Part shown: positions 54,713 to 64,000 of the stretch, piece after piece
Position numbering within the stretch: the stretch's first letter is position 1
Layout of the letters: the number at the start of each line of letters is the position of its first letter
The notes under the pieces: generated by a model
The model's database searches: none
What the model was told of the DNA's origin: nothing
What the model saw: the letters and a program-made list of their open reading frames with translations, nothing else
Made by a program: the position numbers and the translations under genes
DNA from: Candidatus Magasanikiibacteriota bacterium
Lineage (GTDB): Bacteria > Patescibacteriota > Patescibacteriia > Magasanikbacterales > UBA922
Direction: 5' to 3'
Length of the DNA stretch: 64,000 nt
Assembly: GCA_014729395.1 (NCBI GenBank)
Contig: WJJZ01000010.1
Location: forward strand, 220,544 to 284,543

Positions 54713-55180
54713 ACGACAAGCATTTTTCGATGTTTGAAAACACCTAAATTAATGTTTATATTATACCATAATATAGTAAAAAAAAGGAAATTATAAACCC
54801 CGCCAAGTAGGCGGGGGTTATTTTTAACTGTACCCAAGAAGATATACCTTAGAAAATTTGCGAGCCGAAGCCTGCAAAAACCTAATGCATATCCCCATGC
54901 TTGTCGTGGGCACAGAGAGATACATATTTACAAAAAATAGAGCACTTAATTTAAATATATATTTTCTCTACACCCTTCAACACAATACAAATGCATTCAA
55001 GGAGAACAGTTTGTTTACAATGCATTATTGCAACGAAAAAACAGCTTTATTAAGCTAACATAAAATAATATCAAAAAAAATATACTTTGTCAAGTATATT
55101 TACCGCTATAAATTGATAATTTAGCTAAAATATAATAAAAAAGGCCTCTTTTACTGTAATTGATATTTTCATTTATTTGC

Positions 55181-57148
55181 TTACTCTTCAGTTATTTTTT
55201 CATCTTCACCATTACCTTGTTCAGTCTTGTCATCCTCAACACCCACCAAGCAAATCTGTGGTAAAGGTCTGTAATGGCTGGTGAAAACTCTTTTTTCTTC
55301 TTCTTCATCCGGTAACTGCCTAAAATAAGTAAAGAATGCATCAGCTCCGGTATAGGCATGCTGGCATTCTCGCTCACCGGGAGCAATCTTTGTGGTTTCA
55401 ACCTCTCTGGTTTCACCATAAGGAATCCACCGAGTCACAGTGGGATGTGTGAAATAAGCAGTCCTTCCATCATCCGTACCCCACAGTGTAAAAATTAATT
55501 CCATTCTATTATAATCAGCCTGAGCCTGAATCAGCACATAATTGTCTGTATCATTTAAAAATCTAAAATCCGGTGCCGGATCATAAATAGTAGCATCAGT
55601 CCCGGGTAAACCATTTACCGGGTCATTATAATAATGTACAACCAAAGAATGATTTCGCCTCTGAGTTATATCCATTCCCGCATTCATAGCCATTCGAAAT
55701 AATGTAGTTCCAATCTGACATAAACCACCACCAATCTCGGGTTTAATTTCATCACCTTTAATTACCAACTCTGGATAATAACCACCCTCATAGGTAAAAG
55801 GTCTGGTATATGCAATAGTGGAAAATTCTTCACCCGGCTTTATTAAAACACCGTTTAGTTTGGCAATGGCATTGGCAATATTTCTTATTCTATTTCTGGG
55901 GCTTCCACTAAAATCTGAAATTCCAACACCGAGAACTTCCGCTACACCCAAGTCATTAACTTCACCTGTTTTTATCTCCGGCTCCACCTGCTCAACCATC
56001 ACCTGAACTTCATTTGTAATACCTTCATCATGCCAGGATCTTTGTAGGATTGCGTCATTTATTAGTTCATATGTTTTTTCCTTATCCAAACCTATCCCCG
56101 GTCTTGACCCTTTAAATTCAACCACTTTACCATTTTCGTTCATCTCAAAACGGGCATTCTCCGCTTCGATGTTTACAATCGGTTCAATGTTATCTGAAAA
56201 AAATTCCATCACTTTTTCTTTTACCAGTCCAAAACCCAAATCCCCTTCTCCGGTCTTTTGAACTGAAAGCCAATTCTTCATATCCTCTAATTTAATCCAC
56301 CAATTGTATTCTCTTTTTAAATGGGGGTCAGTGTATGTTATTTGCAATCCTCCATGCGTGAATACTTCGGGAATTCTGTCTTCAATTTCCTTTACATCAG
56401 TCTCCAGTATTTCCGCCTTTTCTTTGTTTTGTTTAATAATAACGTCAGTTATTTTCAATTTGGACCAAGCTGACACGATTTGATCAACCGCATCACTGTA
56501 CTCATAGGTAACACCGGGTGAAGAAGTGGTTATCGTGTAGTCAAGAGGGATGATTGTTTTGATATTTACATCCGCATTGCGCGCCGGCTCTTCATATTGA
56601 TCCAGTCTATCTTTAATTTCAAGATTGATTTTATCTCTATCAATAATAATATTTTCCACTTCCAAATGTGTCTTGCTTATTCTGCTTTCTAAAACTTTGT
56701 ATATTTTTTCAAAAAAATCCCCGTTCTTACCGTAATTAATCAAACGCTCCGACTCCTCTTCTGCATCTATATATAAAAGCTCTATCGAACCATCTTCGGC
56801 AACAATTATTGGGGATAAAATAAAATCATTTTCTCTTCCTTCTGGTGTGATGAACTGAAAATTCAATCCATGGCTTACCAAATCATCATTTTTTGTTTGA
56901 AGAAGTATGTAAATTTGATCTTTCTCCATTCCACCAATGTATTGCTCGCCAATATAAACACCAGGTAAAACTCTTTGCTCATAGCTCCTGGCATAAGCTA
57001 CCAGGCCAATAAAAAAACCTCCAAGTACTACCAATACTATAATCAAAATCAACCAAATACGACGCCAAGAAAAAGGAATTTTTCTTTCCTTAAAAAAATC
57101 CTGTAATTTTCTTTTTAGATTTTTCTTTTTAAAAATTCTTTTAAACAT
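55181..57148 (-). CDS. VanW family protein with peptidoglycan-binding (YoaR-like) region
   Basis: TM anchor, R..NI..A..KLNG..IKPGEEFS, GGGLCQIGTTLF, RRNHS and DATI motifs. Confidence 0.9.
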   Translation of the reverse strand: MFKRIFKKKNLKRKLQDFFKERKIPFSWRRIWLILIIVLVVLGGFFIGLVAYARSYEQRVLPGVYIGEQYIGGMEKDQIYILLQTKNDDLVSHGLNFQFITPEGRENDFILSPIIVAEDGSIELLYIDAEEESERLINYGKNGDFFEKIYKVLESRISKTHLEVENIIIDRDKINLEIKDRLDQYEEPARNADVNIKTIIPLDYTITTSSPGVTYEYSDAVDQIVSAWSKLKITDVIIKQNKEKAEILETDVKEIEDRIPEVFTHGGLQITYTDPHLKREYNWWIKLEDMKNWLSVQKTGEGDLGFGLVKEKVMEFFSDNIEPIVNIEAENARFEMNENGKVVEFKGSRPGIGLDKEKTYELINDAILQRSWHDEGITNEVQVMVEQVEPEIKTGEVNDLGVAEVLGVGISDFSGSPRNRIRNIANAIAKLNGVLIKPGEEFSTIAYTRPFTYEGGYYPELVIKGDEIKPEIGGGLCQIGTTLFRMAMNAGMDITQRRNHSLVVHYYNDPVNGLPGTDATIYDPAPDFRFLNDTDNYVLIQAQADYNRMELIFTLWGTDDGRTAYFTHPTVTRWIPYGETREVETTKIAPGERECQHAYTGADAFFTYFRQLPDEEEEKRVFTSHYRPLPQICLVGVEDDKTEQGNGEDEKITEE

Positions 57149-57150
57149 TT

Positions 57151-57612
57151 CTAATCCTCAATTATTGAAATCGGTATGCGGCCACCTTTTGACTGCTTTG
57201 GCACGACAATTTTTAAAACTCCATTTTTATATTCAGCTCGAGCTAAATCACCTTTTATATCAGTCGGCATAACAATGGTACGAGAAAAATTTCCCCAAAA
57301 ACATTCTTGATGAAAAAAATTCATGTTCTCTTCTCCGGTAACCGGAAAATTTCTATTACCCCTAATTGTCAGCAAGTCATTATGGATAAAAACTTCTATT
57401 TTTTCAGCGGTGGCTCCCGCCATAGTGGAAATTACATAAATATTGTCTTCTGTTTCGGCCACATCAAGCGCAAGCTGCCCCTCAACATGATCGGCATGCC
57501 AATCTTCTGAAACTGTAATTTTTGATGGTGATGCCGAGGCTGAAGCAGAATTTGATCTATCTGTATCCAAAATCATCTCAAAAACATCTTGATTGTTATT
57601 ATTATAGTTCAT
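57151..57612 (-). CDS. Hsp20/alpha-crystallin family protein
   Basis: LTIRG.R, ECFWGNFSRTI and A.YKNGVLKI.PK motifs. Confidence 0.9.
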   Translation of the reverse strand: MNYNNNNQDVFEMILDTDRSNSASASASPSKITVSEDWHADHVEGQLALDVAETEDNIYVISTMAGATAEKIEVFIHNDLLTIRGNRNFPVTGEENMNFFHQECFWGNFSRTIVMPTDIKGDLARAEYKNGVLKIVVPKQSKGGRIPISIIED

Positions 57613-57955
57613 ATATAAGTATTATATACTAAAATTAAGAAAAGGTAAAAGAAAAACACCTAACTTAGCGGTGTTTTTCATGTTATTTTGATAGAAAATA
57701 TTGAACCATATTAGTCCGTCTCAAGATGACGGCTATTTAAATACTGTTAACTATCGTCCCTTAAACTAACCTTTTTCATAATATGGCTCACTCAAAATGG
57801 CTATCGCCATTTTTCGTGGCGGAGGATTACGAACGACGCTAGAATCATATAGTCCGCCACGTGGCGGCGCCTTAGTAAAATAATCGTTTTGTCGCGTAAA
57901 GGCACTTGGGTGCCCACGCGACCACTCCAAGCGGCTTGCTTCGCGCCGCTTTTCG

Positions 57956-58045
57956 TGGCGGAGGAGGTGGGATTCGAACCCACGGAGGACTTGCACCCTC
58001 AACGGTTTTCAAGACCGTCGCCTTCGACCGCTCAGCCACTCCTCC
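57956..58045 (-). tRNA. tRNA-Ser(TGA)
   Basis: GGAGGAG/CTCCTCC acceptor stem, ACGGT-CTTGAAA-ACCGT anticodon arm, long variable arm, encoded CCA. Confidence 0.93.
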
Positions 58046-58049
58046 ATGT

Positions 58050-58287
58050 TTAGACAAAATGCCTGTTTGTAAATGCTCTTCCAGAGCCAGTCTTCAAATA
58101 CTTCTCAAAATTAAAAGCCGTATATTTATCAGGAAAGCAACAGTAAAAAAAATAATTCTACTGACAACCTATTACGGGTTGATTTTACTTTACCATTTTT
58201 ATGCAACTTCACTCGTTTCTTCAAATTAGAAGTACAGCCTACGTATAAATTATCATTACCACATCGTAATATGTAAACATACCACAT
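58050..58287 (-). pseudogene. GIY-YIG nuclease, frameshifted
   Basis: MWYVYILRCGNDNLYVGCTSNLKKRVKLHKNG..STRNR, then a one-base shift at an A8 run (~58145-58152), then ..AFNFEKYLKTGSGRAFTNRHFV*; 238 nt in total. Confidence 0.85.
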
Positions 58288-58422
58288 AACAAAGAAATAT
58301 TATAAAGCAGATAAAACCCCCCTTCGCTGTCGCTTTCATAAAAAACAAAAAAGCTTTAGAAAAGTATCCCAACGGACCGTGTCCGCCGTAGCCCAGACGA
58401 AGCGACAGCTTCGACGGGCGAA

Positions 58423-58511
<89 letters not shown>

Positions 58512-58626
58512 TTATATAAAATAACAGCGATATTATAGCCAAAAATTGTAATTAGGTCAACCCTGAATTTTATTGTATTAATATGATACAGATGATAAAA
58601 TAAAAATAAATATTTAATTTGAAAGT

Positions 58627-59796
58627 ATGGATATAGCCATGATTGGACAAAAAAGCGTCGTATTTTCTGAAAAGAGTGGAGGGGTGGAAAAGCATGTAGA
58701 AGAATTATCAACCAGATTGGTCAAACTGGGTAATAATGTTACGGTCTACTCTCGTCCCAGGCATACATTGCGAGGTAAAAAAACCAAAAAATACAAAGGT
58801 GTAAAGGTGGTATATCTACCTTCTATCCCAACAAAAAATTTGGATACAATAACGCATGTTTTTTTAGCCACTATTCATGTCCTTTTTAAAAAAGCGGACA
58901 TCATTCACTACCACGGTGTCGGCCCTTCTACTTTGGCGTGGATTCCTAGGATTTTTAAAAGAAAAACAAAGGTTGTGGTAACTTTTCACAGTATAGACAG
59001 ATTTCATAAAAAATGGGGTTGGTTTGCTCGGATTTATCTGGGTTGGGGTGAATGGACCGCCTGTAATTTTCCTCATGAAACCATTGTTGTCTCCAAAGCA
59101 ATCCAAGAATACTGTCGTGAAAGATTCAACAAAGAAACCATCTACCTTCCAAATGGAGTAAACATAGAAAAAGAGGAGAAAACTGATGATGATAAAATCA
59201 AAAAATATGGTTTAAAAAGAAATGAATATATTTTAACAGTTGCACGACTAATCAAACACAAAGGTATACATCACCTGATAAACGCCTATAAAAATTTGGA
59301 AGCCAAGTACTCTGAGAACGAAAAAAAATGGCCCGGCGGCAAAAAAATAAAATTAGCTATAGTGGGCGCACCAAGTTACACCGATGATTATTTGAATTAT
59401 TTACACAAACTGGCCGATAGTAGTCCTGACATAGTATTTGTAGGATTTCAAAAAGGAAAAACCTTAGCTCAACTATTTACTAATGCGTATCTATACGTAC
59501 ACCCATCAGAAGCAGAGGGTCTGGCAATTACAATTCTTGAGGCTATGAGTTATGGTAAATGTGTTTTGGTGAGTAATATTCCGGAAAATTTAGAGGCAAT
59601 AAACAGCTCCGGTTATAGCTTTGAATCCAAAAATATTAAAGACCTGGAGAAAATTCTAATTCAACTTTTACACTCTAAAAATAAAGTAATGGAATGCGCT
59701 CGAGATAGCATAAATCTAGTAAAAAAGAATTATGACTGGAAAGACATTACAAAAAAGACAGTGAATATTTATGAAAATCTAGGCTCTCGCAAATGA
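58627..59796 (+). CDS. Glycosyltransferase family 4
   Basis: GGVEKHV, PNGV, RL..HKG and PSEAEGLAITILEAMSYG motifs. Confidence 0.92.
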   Translation: MDIAMIGQKSVVFSEKSGGVEKHVEELSTRLVKLGNNVTVYSRPRHTLRGKKTKKYKGVKVVYLPSIPTKNLDTITHVFLATIHVLFKKADIIHYHGVGPSTLAWIPRIFKRKTKVVVTFHSIDRFHKKWGWFARIYLGWGEWTACNFPHETIVVSKAIQEYCRERFNKETIYLPNGVNIEKEEKTDDDKIKKYGLKRNEYILTVARLIKHKGIHHLINAYKNLEAKYSENEKKWPGGKKIKLAIVGAPSYTDDYLNYLHKLADSSPDIVFVGFQKGKTLAQLFTNAYLYVHPSEAEGLAITILEAMSYGKCVLVSNIPENLEAINSSGYSFESKNIKDLEKILIQLLHSKNKVMECARDSINLVKKNYDWKDITKKTVNIYENLGSRK

Positions 59797-60489
59797 AAAA
59801 CCAACAATTTTCTGACAATTTTGTTTTTTTAAAACAAAGGCCGCTTCTTGCATTGTCACCCCGGTCGTATATACATCGTCAACCAACAAAATTTTTTTAT
59901 TTGTAAGATCAACGTTCTTTTTTATTGAGAAAGCCTTATCTAAATTTTCAATTCTTTCTTTTCTACCCAAACGAGCTTGTTGTTTGGTTTTTTTACGCCT
60001 GATTAGTATTTCATTAACCGGTACACCTATGAAAAAAGATACAATATTACTTAAAACTTCAGCCTGATTAAAACCTCTCTCCGCTCTGCGTTTATGATGA
60101 AGAGGTATGGGCACAATATAATCAAAATCTTTAAATAAATATGTATAGTTATCATAGAAATTTTTAAATACTATTCTTATCAAATCTTGTATGTCAATTG
60201 CATAATTATATTTTAAAATTTTTATAATTTTTCCCGATAAAGCGTTTTCTTCATAACGACAAAGTGAAATTTGTTGAATCAAATTGGATTTGTTTATACA
60301 ATTAACGCAAGTAAATCCATCTGTACTCATACATCGACAAACAGGGCAAATAAAAACCGGCTCAAAGTTTATTTTTTCAAAGCAAACCTTGCATAACCAT
60401 GAGCTTTCTTTACCGCATTCGATACAAAAAATCGGAAATATCAAATCCTTAATTTCTTTTATTAAACTTGCTGAAAATTGTTTGAACAT
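59779..60489 (-). CDS. comF: ComF family competence protein (double zinc ribbon plus PRTase fold)
   Basis: C..C...C..C zinc motifs, PIPLH..R..ERGFNQ and LLVDDVYTTG.T. Confidence 0.92.
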   Translation of the reverse strand: MFKQFSASLIKEIKDLIFPIFCIECGKESSWLCKVCFEKINFEPVFICPVCRCMSTDGFTCVNCINKSNLIQQISLCRYEENALSGKIIKILKYNYAIDIQDLIRIVFKNFYDNYTYLFKDFDYIVPIPLHHKRRAERGFNQAEVLSNIVSFFIGVPVNEILIRRKKTKQQARLGRKERIENLDKAFSIKKNVDLTNKKILLVDDVYTTGVTMQEAAFVLKKQNCQKIVGFSFARA

Positions 60490-60554
60490 AAAAAAATAAT
60501 TGCTAAAGCAATTATTTCATATATGTGATGAATTTTGTTTAAAAAAAATCTAAA

Positions 60555-61124
60555 CTAATCCCAATACAAACCATCGATCTTCCAATCATCGTTAATTTTA
60601 ACCAAGTCTACAGAACCGGACAAATTTTCTTTTTCTTCTCCCAATGTGGTTTCTGTAATTCTTTGCGCTTCCACTAACACCGTTGCACTGTCTTCATCAA
60701 TTTGTTCAACAGAAGAAGCAATTACTTTTGTAGTTACTCCTACGTAATCTTTTGATTGATCCAGGTCTTGCATTGAAAGCCAATTTGCCATTTGATCGGT
60801 TACCAGCGGAAGAACATCTTCAATATGCTGATTGTCATTTTGATTGGAATAAGTTCCAAATCTTTCTACAAATATTTCAGATACCTGCTTTACATAAGTC
60901 TCTTCTGAAAAAGGTTCTGCTTCAAGCGTAGACTGAACATCAGGTGTTAGCCTTTCCATCACTTCTTGTTCAATATCTTGCTCAGTGGTCGTGGGTGTAA
61001 TCCCCTCCTCCTGTTGATCCTCTCCGGTGGGTTTAAGTACAAAAAAATAAAATAATAAAAATGCCAAGACTAATCCTATAATTATGCCTATGGCTATAAA
61101 TATTCTTTTTCTAATATCCATCAT
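60555..61124 (-). CDS. Bitopic protein with a probable NTF2-like (VirB8/TcpC-like) domain
   Basis: N-terminal TM, FVERFGTYSNQ, ATV.V...R, C-terminal LVK..D.WKIDG.YW; adjacent to virB4. Confidence 0.6.
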   Translation of the reverse strand: MMDIRKRIFIAIGIIIGLVLAFLLFYFFVLKPTGEDQQEEGITPTTTEQDIEQEVMERLTPDVQSTLEAEPFSEETYVKQVSEIFVERFGTYSNQNDNQHIEDVLPLVTDQMANWLSMQDLDQSKDYVGVTTKVIASSVEQIDEDSATVLVEAQRITETTLGEEKENLSGSVDLVKINDDWKIDGLYWD

Positions 61125-61136
61125 ATAAATTTTTTA

Positions 61137-63023
61137 TTATTGCTCAGTCTGATTTTTATTATTCATCACTTCTTCTTCAAATTCCTTTTTTGCTTTTTCT
61201 ATTTCAAGTAACTGTCCCGGGTCCGAAGTAATTAACTGATCCTCTGTGTATGATGCTACAACCTTTATAGCGGCATGTTTTAGTCCGGCAAAAAATATCC
61301 CCTCTCCAACAGCGCTTTCAAGAAGTAAATATTTTTCACCTTCGGTTAGCATAAAAGTTTTTTGAATCATATCAATTGAAGCCGGAGATTGGCGCAACAG
61401 TAATTGCAAAGCCGAGTTGGTTACGATCGCTTGGCCGTATGGAGAACGCAAAAAATCATTTACATCTTGAGTAATGGTAGTCACACCAAGGTAATATTTT
61501 CTGGCTCGCTTTACCAGAGCATAGATAAACTTCGCACTGTCCTCATGTGTCATTAACCACCAGGCCTCGTCAATAACAAGCATTCTTTTCTTTCTCTCAC
61601 TTCTTACCACGTTCCAAATATAATTGATCAAGTTATATATTGCCATTGGCCTTAACTCATCCTCCAAATCCCTGACACTAAAAACTACGAGCTGATTATT
61701 CATATTGACATTTGTTGGCGAGTTGAATAATCCGGAAAATGTCCCCTCGGTAAATTTTCTTAATTTCAATACCAAATTATCGGCCCCCTCCATACCTTCT
61801 AAAATATCAAGCAAGTCCTGCATAATGGGCGGCTCAACAGTAGATAAATCAGAAGAAGACGTAATATCTTTTTTAGCATATGTCTCCAGCAAAGCTCGAT
61901 CCATAATTGAATCTTCTTGTGGTGTCAACGAACCGAACATTACTCTAATCAAACCTTTTAGACTAATAACGGCACTCCTAATAACATCTTCTGTGGAAAT
62001 CTGCTGACCAACAGGCCTGGGTAAATCAAAGGGGTTTACCTTGCTCTCCGAAGAGAGTGATATATTTACATAGGTTCCACCAACCGCTTCATTCAAGTGA
62101 ACATATTCCATCTCCGGATCAATAATTATTATATCCACCCCAAACATGAGTGAGCGCAACACTTCCAATTTTACAGCATAAGATTTACCGGCTCCGGAAG
62201 TGGCGAAAACAACCATATTGGCATTTTGCAATGAAAACCTGTCAAAAATAATCAGACTATTGTTATGACGATTAACACCATACAAAATACCGTCATCGCT
62301 TGTCAGTTCTGAAGAAATAAAAGGAAAAGACGAAGCGATCGGAGATGAATTCATATTGAAAGTAACCATCAATTCATCGATTCCAAGCGGCAGAGTCGAA
62401 GTAAAACCCTGTTCAGACTGATAAAGAACATGCTTGGTGTAAATTAATTTTGAAGAAAAAATATTTTCAATATCCTCTGTAATCCTATCAAGCTCTTCTT
62501 TTGAATTTGAATACAAAGTGACATAAAAAGCAAATTGAAAAAAATGCTCAATACCCTGAGTTAAATCATCCCTAAGCTGTTCTATGTCGCGAAGTGCTGT
62601 CTCACGCAAAGGATCACGCGGCGCGCCCTTTTCCGCATCAGCACTCAACTGTGCCTGCAAAGCACCGACTTTTTTCTTTAATTGCTTCAAAATTACGCCT
62701 GAAGGTACCGGATAGAAAAACATGGATATATCCATGGTAAAATTCAAATTTAAAATCGGTGAACTCCAGCCTACGGCAATATATCTGGGAAAAGTAATTA
62801 CAAAAATCGTCCTCAAAAAAGTATCACCAAGCTGGATGAAAGTTGATTCAACTCTTAAAGCGGATGGGGCGATCAAATCTCTAATAGCAACAGTCCCCTC
62901 TCTAAAAGTTCTTTCTTCTTCAAGAGATACCAGCTGTTCTTTTACTTGTTTTTTCTTTTCCTCTTCTTTCTTTTTTGATTCTTTTTTCTGCTTTGTTTCA
63001 GTTGTGATTGGTTTAAACGGCAT
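61137..63023 (-). CDS. VirB4/TraC-like secretion ATPase (CPR type)
   Basis: NANMVVFATSGAGKS Walker A, IDPE.EY, IDEAW Walker B, RARKY, TQD and GEGIF motifs. Confidence 0.9.
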   Translation of the reverse strand: MPFKPITTETKQKKESKKKEEEKKKQVKEQLVSLEEERTFREGTVAIRDLIAPSALRVESTFIQLGDTFLRTIFVITFPRYIAVGWSSPILNLNFTMDISMFFYPVPSGVILKQLKKKVGALQAQLSADAEKGAPRDPLRETALRDIEQLRDDLTQGIEHFFQFAFYVTLYSNSKEELDRITEDIENIFSSKLIYTKHVLYQSEQGFTSTLPLGIDELMVTFNMNSSPIASSFPFISSELTSDDGILYGVNRHNNSLIIFDRFSLQNANMVVFATSGAGKSYAVKLEVLRSLMFGVDIIIIDPEMEYVHLNEAVGGTYVNISLSSESKVNPFDLPRPVGQQISTEDVIRSAVISLKGLIRVMFGSLTPQEDSIMDRALLETYAKKDITSSSDLSTVEPPIMQDLLDILEGMEGADNLVLKLRKFTEGTFSGLFNSPTNVNMNNQLVVFSVRDLEDELRPMAIYNLINYIWNVVRSERKKRMLVIDEAWWLMTHEDSAKFIYALVKRARKYYLGVTTITQDVNDFLRSPYGQAIVTNSALQLLLRQSPASIDMIQKTFMLTEGEKYLLLESAVGEGIFFAGLKHAAIKVVASYTEDQLITSDPGQLLEIEKAKKEFEEEVMNNKNQTEQ

Positions 63024-63030
63024 AACCTTT

Positions 63031-63493
63031 AATCATAAATCTAAAATCCTAAATCATAAATTTTTATTTTTTCTCTTTGTAGAGTGTGGAAACACTTTTG
63101 CCTAATATTTTAGAAATTTCAACCGCCTCATCAAGTAAAAAATTAAATTCTTTTCCCTCATCGATTCCCGTATCTTTCATCAATGAAAGCCAGTACTTAC
63201 TTTCATTGCATGATTTTAATGAATAAGCCAAAAAGTTTCGAAAGTCTTTTTTTGTGGGCGAACCAATTGCCTCAATATAATTTGCTCCTATACTTGTTCC
63301 CGAACGTAATAATTGGTTTACTATAGTTTTGACAGCTTCATCTTTCTCCTGTTTTGATAATATTCTCAAGTATTTTACCAACCTAACCGACCAATTATAG
63401 ATCCTTAGTTTTAAATCGTTTTTAAATTTATCTTTCTCATCCTTTTTATATGACACAAAATAATTTATGATTTATGATTTATGATTTATGATT
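63031..63493 (-). mobile_element. Four-helix-bundle gene cassette bounded by inverted heptamer arrays
   Basis: CATAAAT CTAAAAT CCTAAAT CATAAAT (63034-63061) and (ATTTATG)4 (63463-63490) flank the ORF exactly. Confidence 0.6.
63064..63456 (-). CDS. Four helix bundle protein (23S rRNA IVP/TIGR02436-like)
   Basis: QLLRSGTSIGANYIEA..SPTKKDF...YSLKSCNESKYWLSL..E..EI.KIL. Confidence 0.92.
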   Translation of the reverse strand: MSYKKDEKDKFKNDLKLRIYNWSVRLVKYLRILSKQEKDEAVKTIVNQLLRSGTSIGANYIEAIGSPTKKDFRNFLAYSLKSCNESKYWLSLMKDTGIDEGKEFNFLLDEAVEISKILGKSVSTLYKEKK

Positions 63494-63495
63494 TT

Positions 63496-64000
63496 CTAAA
63501 TGTTTTCCACTTGCAATTCCTCTACCGGCTGCAAAGATTCTGCAAATGATATATCCGGATTATAAGTTGTATAGTAAAGCTCAATCAATGACTGGGTATC
63601 AAGCTGAGCCACACTCAACCCCATAGCTTCAAGACCACTTGTCACTTGCCTTAGTCGCAAATCCAAATCATATTTTCTTTTTTCAAATTGCTTTTCTTTC
63701 AGTCTCAGACTCAAAACCGGTTTTAAAACTTCTTTAAATCTGGACCAAAAACTTTTCTTTTTGTTACTTAATGGATCATAGGGAACAACTACATAAAATC
63801 GTTTTGTCATAATTTGCCCAATCTCCACCATTTCCTCTACAAAGGCTCGATAATCAGCAATTTGCACTCTCAATAATTCATTTTTTTGTTCTTTCTCGGC
63901 TGTCATTAACTTATCAATATAAGGCTTGATCCGAAGACGCCTGGACTGAACCAAAATTTGCAATGGAAAATCCAATGAATTCAAGAAACTCACATATGAA
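63496..64000 (-). CDS. VirB4-associated CPR protein (TraC N-terminal/PrgI-locus type), 5' end outside the window
   Basis: FLNSLDFPLQILVQSR, FYVVVPY, GL..MG...QL.T..LIELYY..YNP; directly upstream of the virB4-like gene. Confidence 0.75.
   Translation of the reverse strand, partial: SYVSFLNSLDFPLQILVQSRRLRIKPYIDKLMTAEKEQKNELLRVQIADYRAFVEEMVEIGQIMTKRFYVVVPYDPLSNKKKSFWSRFKEVLKPVLSLRLKEKQFEKRKYDLDLRLRQVTSGLEAMGLSVAQLDTQSLIELYYTTYNPDISFAESLQPVEELQVENI

Noticed and set aside
63064-63456. Diversity-generating retroelement (Avd-like gene)
   Set aside because: No reverse transcriptase and no TR/VR pair with adenine-specific mismatches were seen; the pilin duplication differs at all base types.

Overview
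AT-rich bacterial chromosome segment using the standard code 11 (TAA, TAG and TGA all serve as stops). Gene content points to a Patescibacteria (CPR) genome, probably Parcubacteria/ABY1-like; this is inferred from the few metabolic genes, CPR-type T4SS pilins, a VirB4-like locus and a short Rel. Most of the window is housekeeping genes plus 8 intact tRNAs: dnaE 5' end, pheST, rseP, lemA-htpX, a phosphomannomutase, clpC, radA, recG, der, pth, dprA, folC, topA, rel, parAB, scpAB, aspS, asnS, recO, ruvX, map, queA, mltG, rpmF, nusB, rnc and comF. Three things stand out. (1) A putative operon at 13.6-20.3 kb places DsbA and a beta-propeller protein before two paralogous VirB2-like pilins. These carry shuffled, cysteine-rich cell-wall hydrolase modules (pilin-SLT-SGNH and pilin-M23-SLT), a candidate pilus-displayed host-wall-attacking system. 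(2) Inverted short-period repeat cassettes are pervasive: one is intact around a four-helix-bundle gene inside the VirB4 operon, several are empty or hold decayed gene remnants, and some half-arrays sit in frame in housekeeping genes. (3) Several tRNA loci carry duplicated tRNA fragments interrupted by short GC palindromes, together with two decayed GIY-YIG nuclease genes. Smaller candidates include a type I TA-like peptide/antisense pair and a long hairpin in the rnc leader. All calls were made by eye, without database searches.
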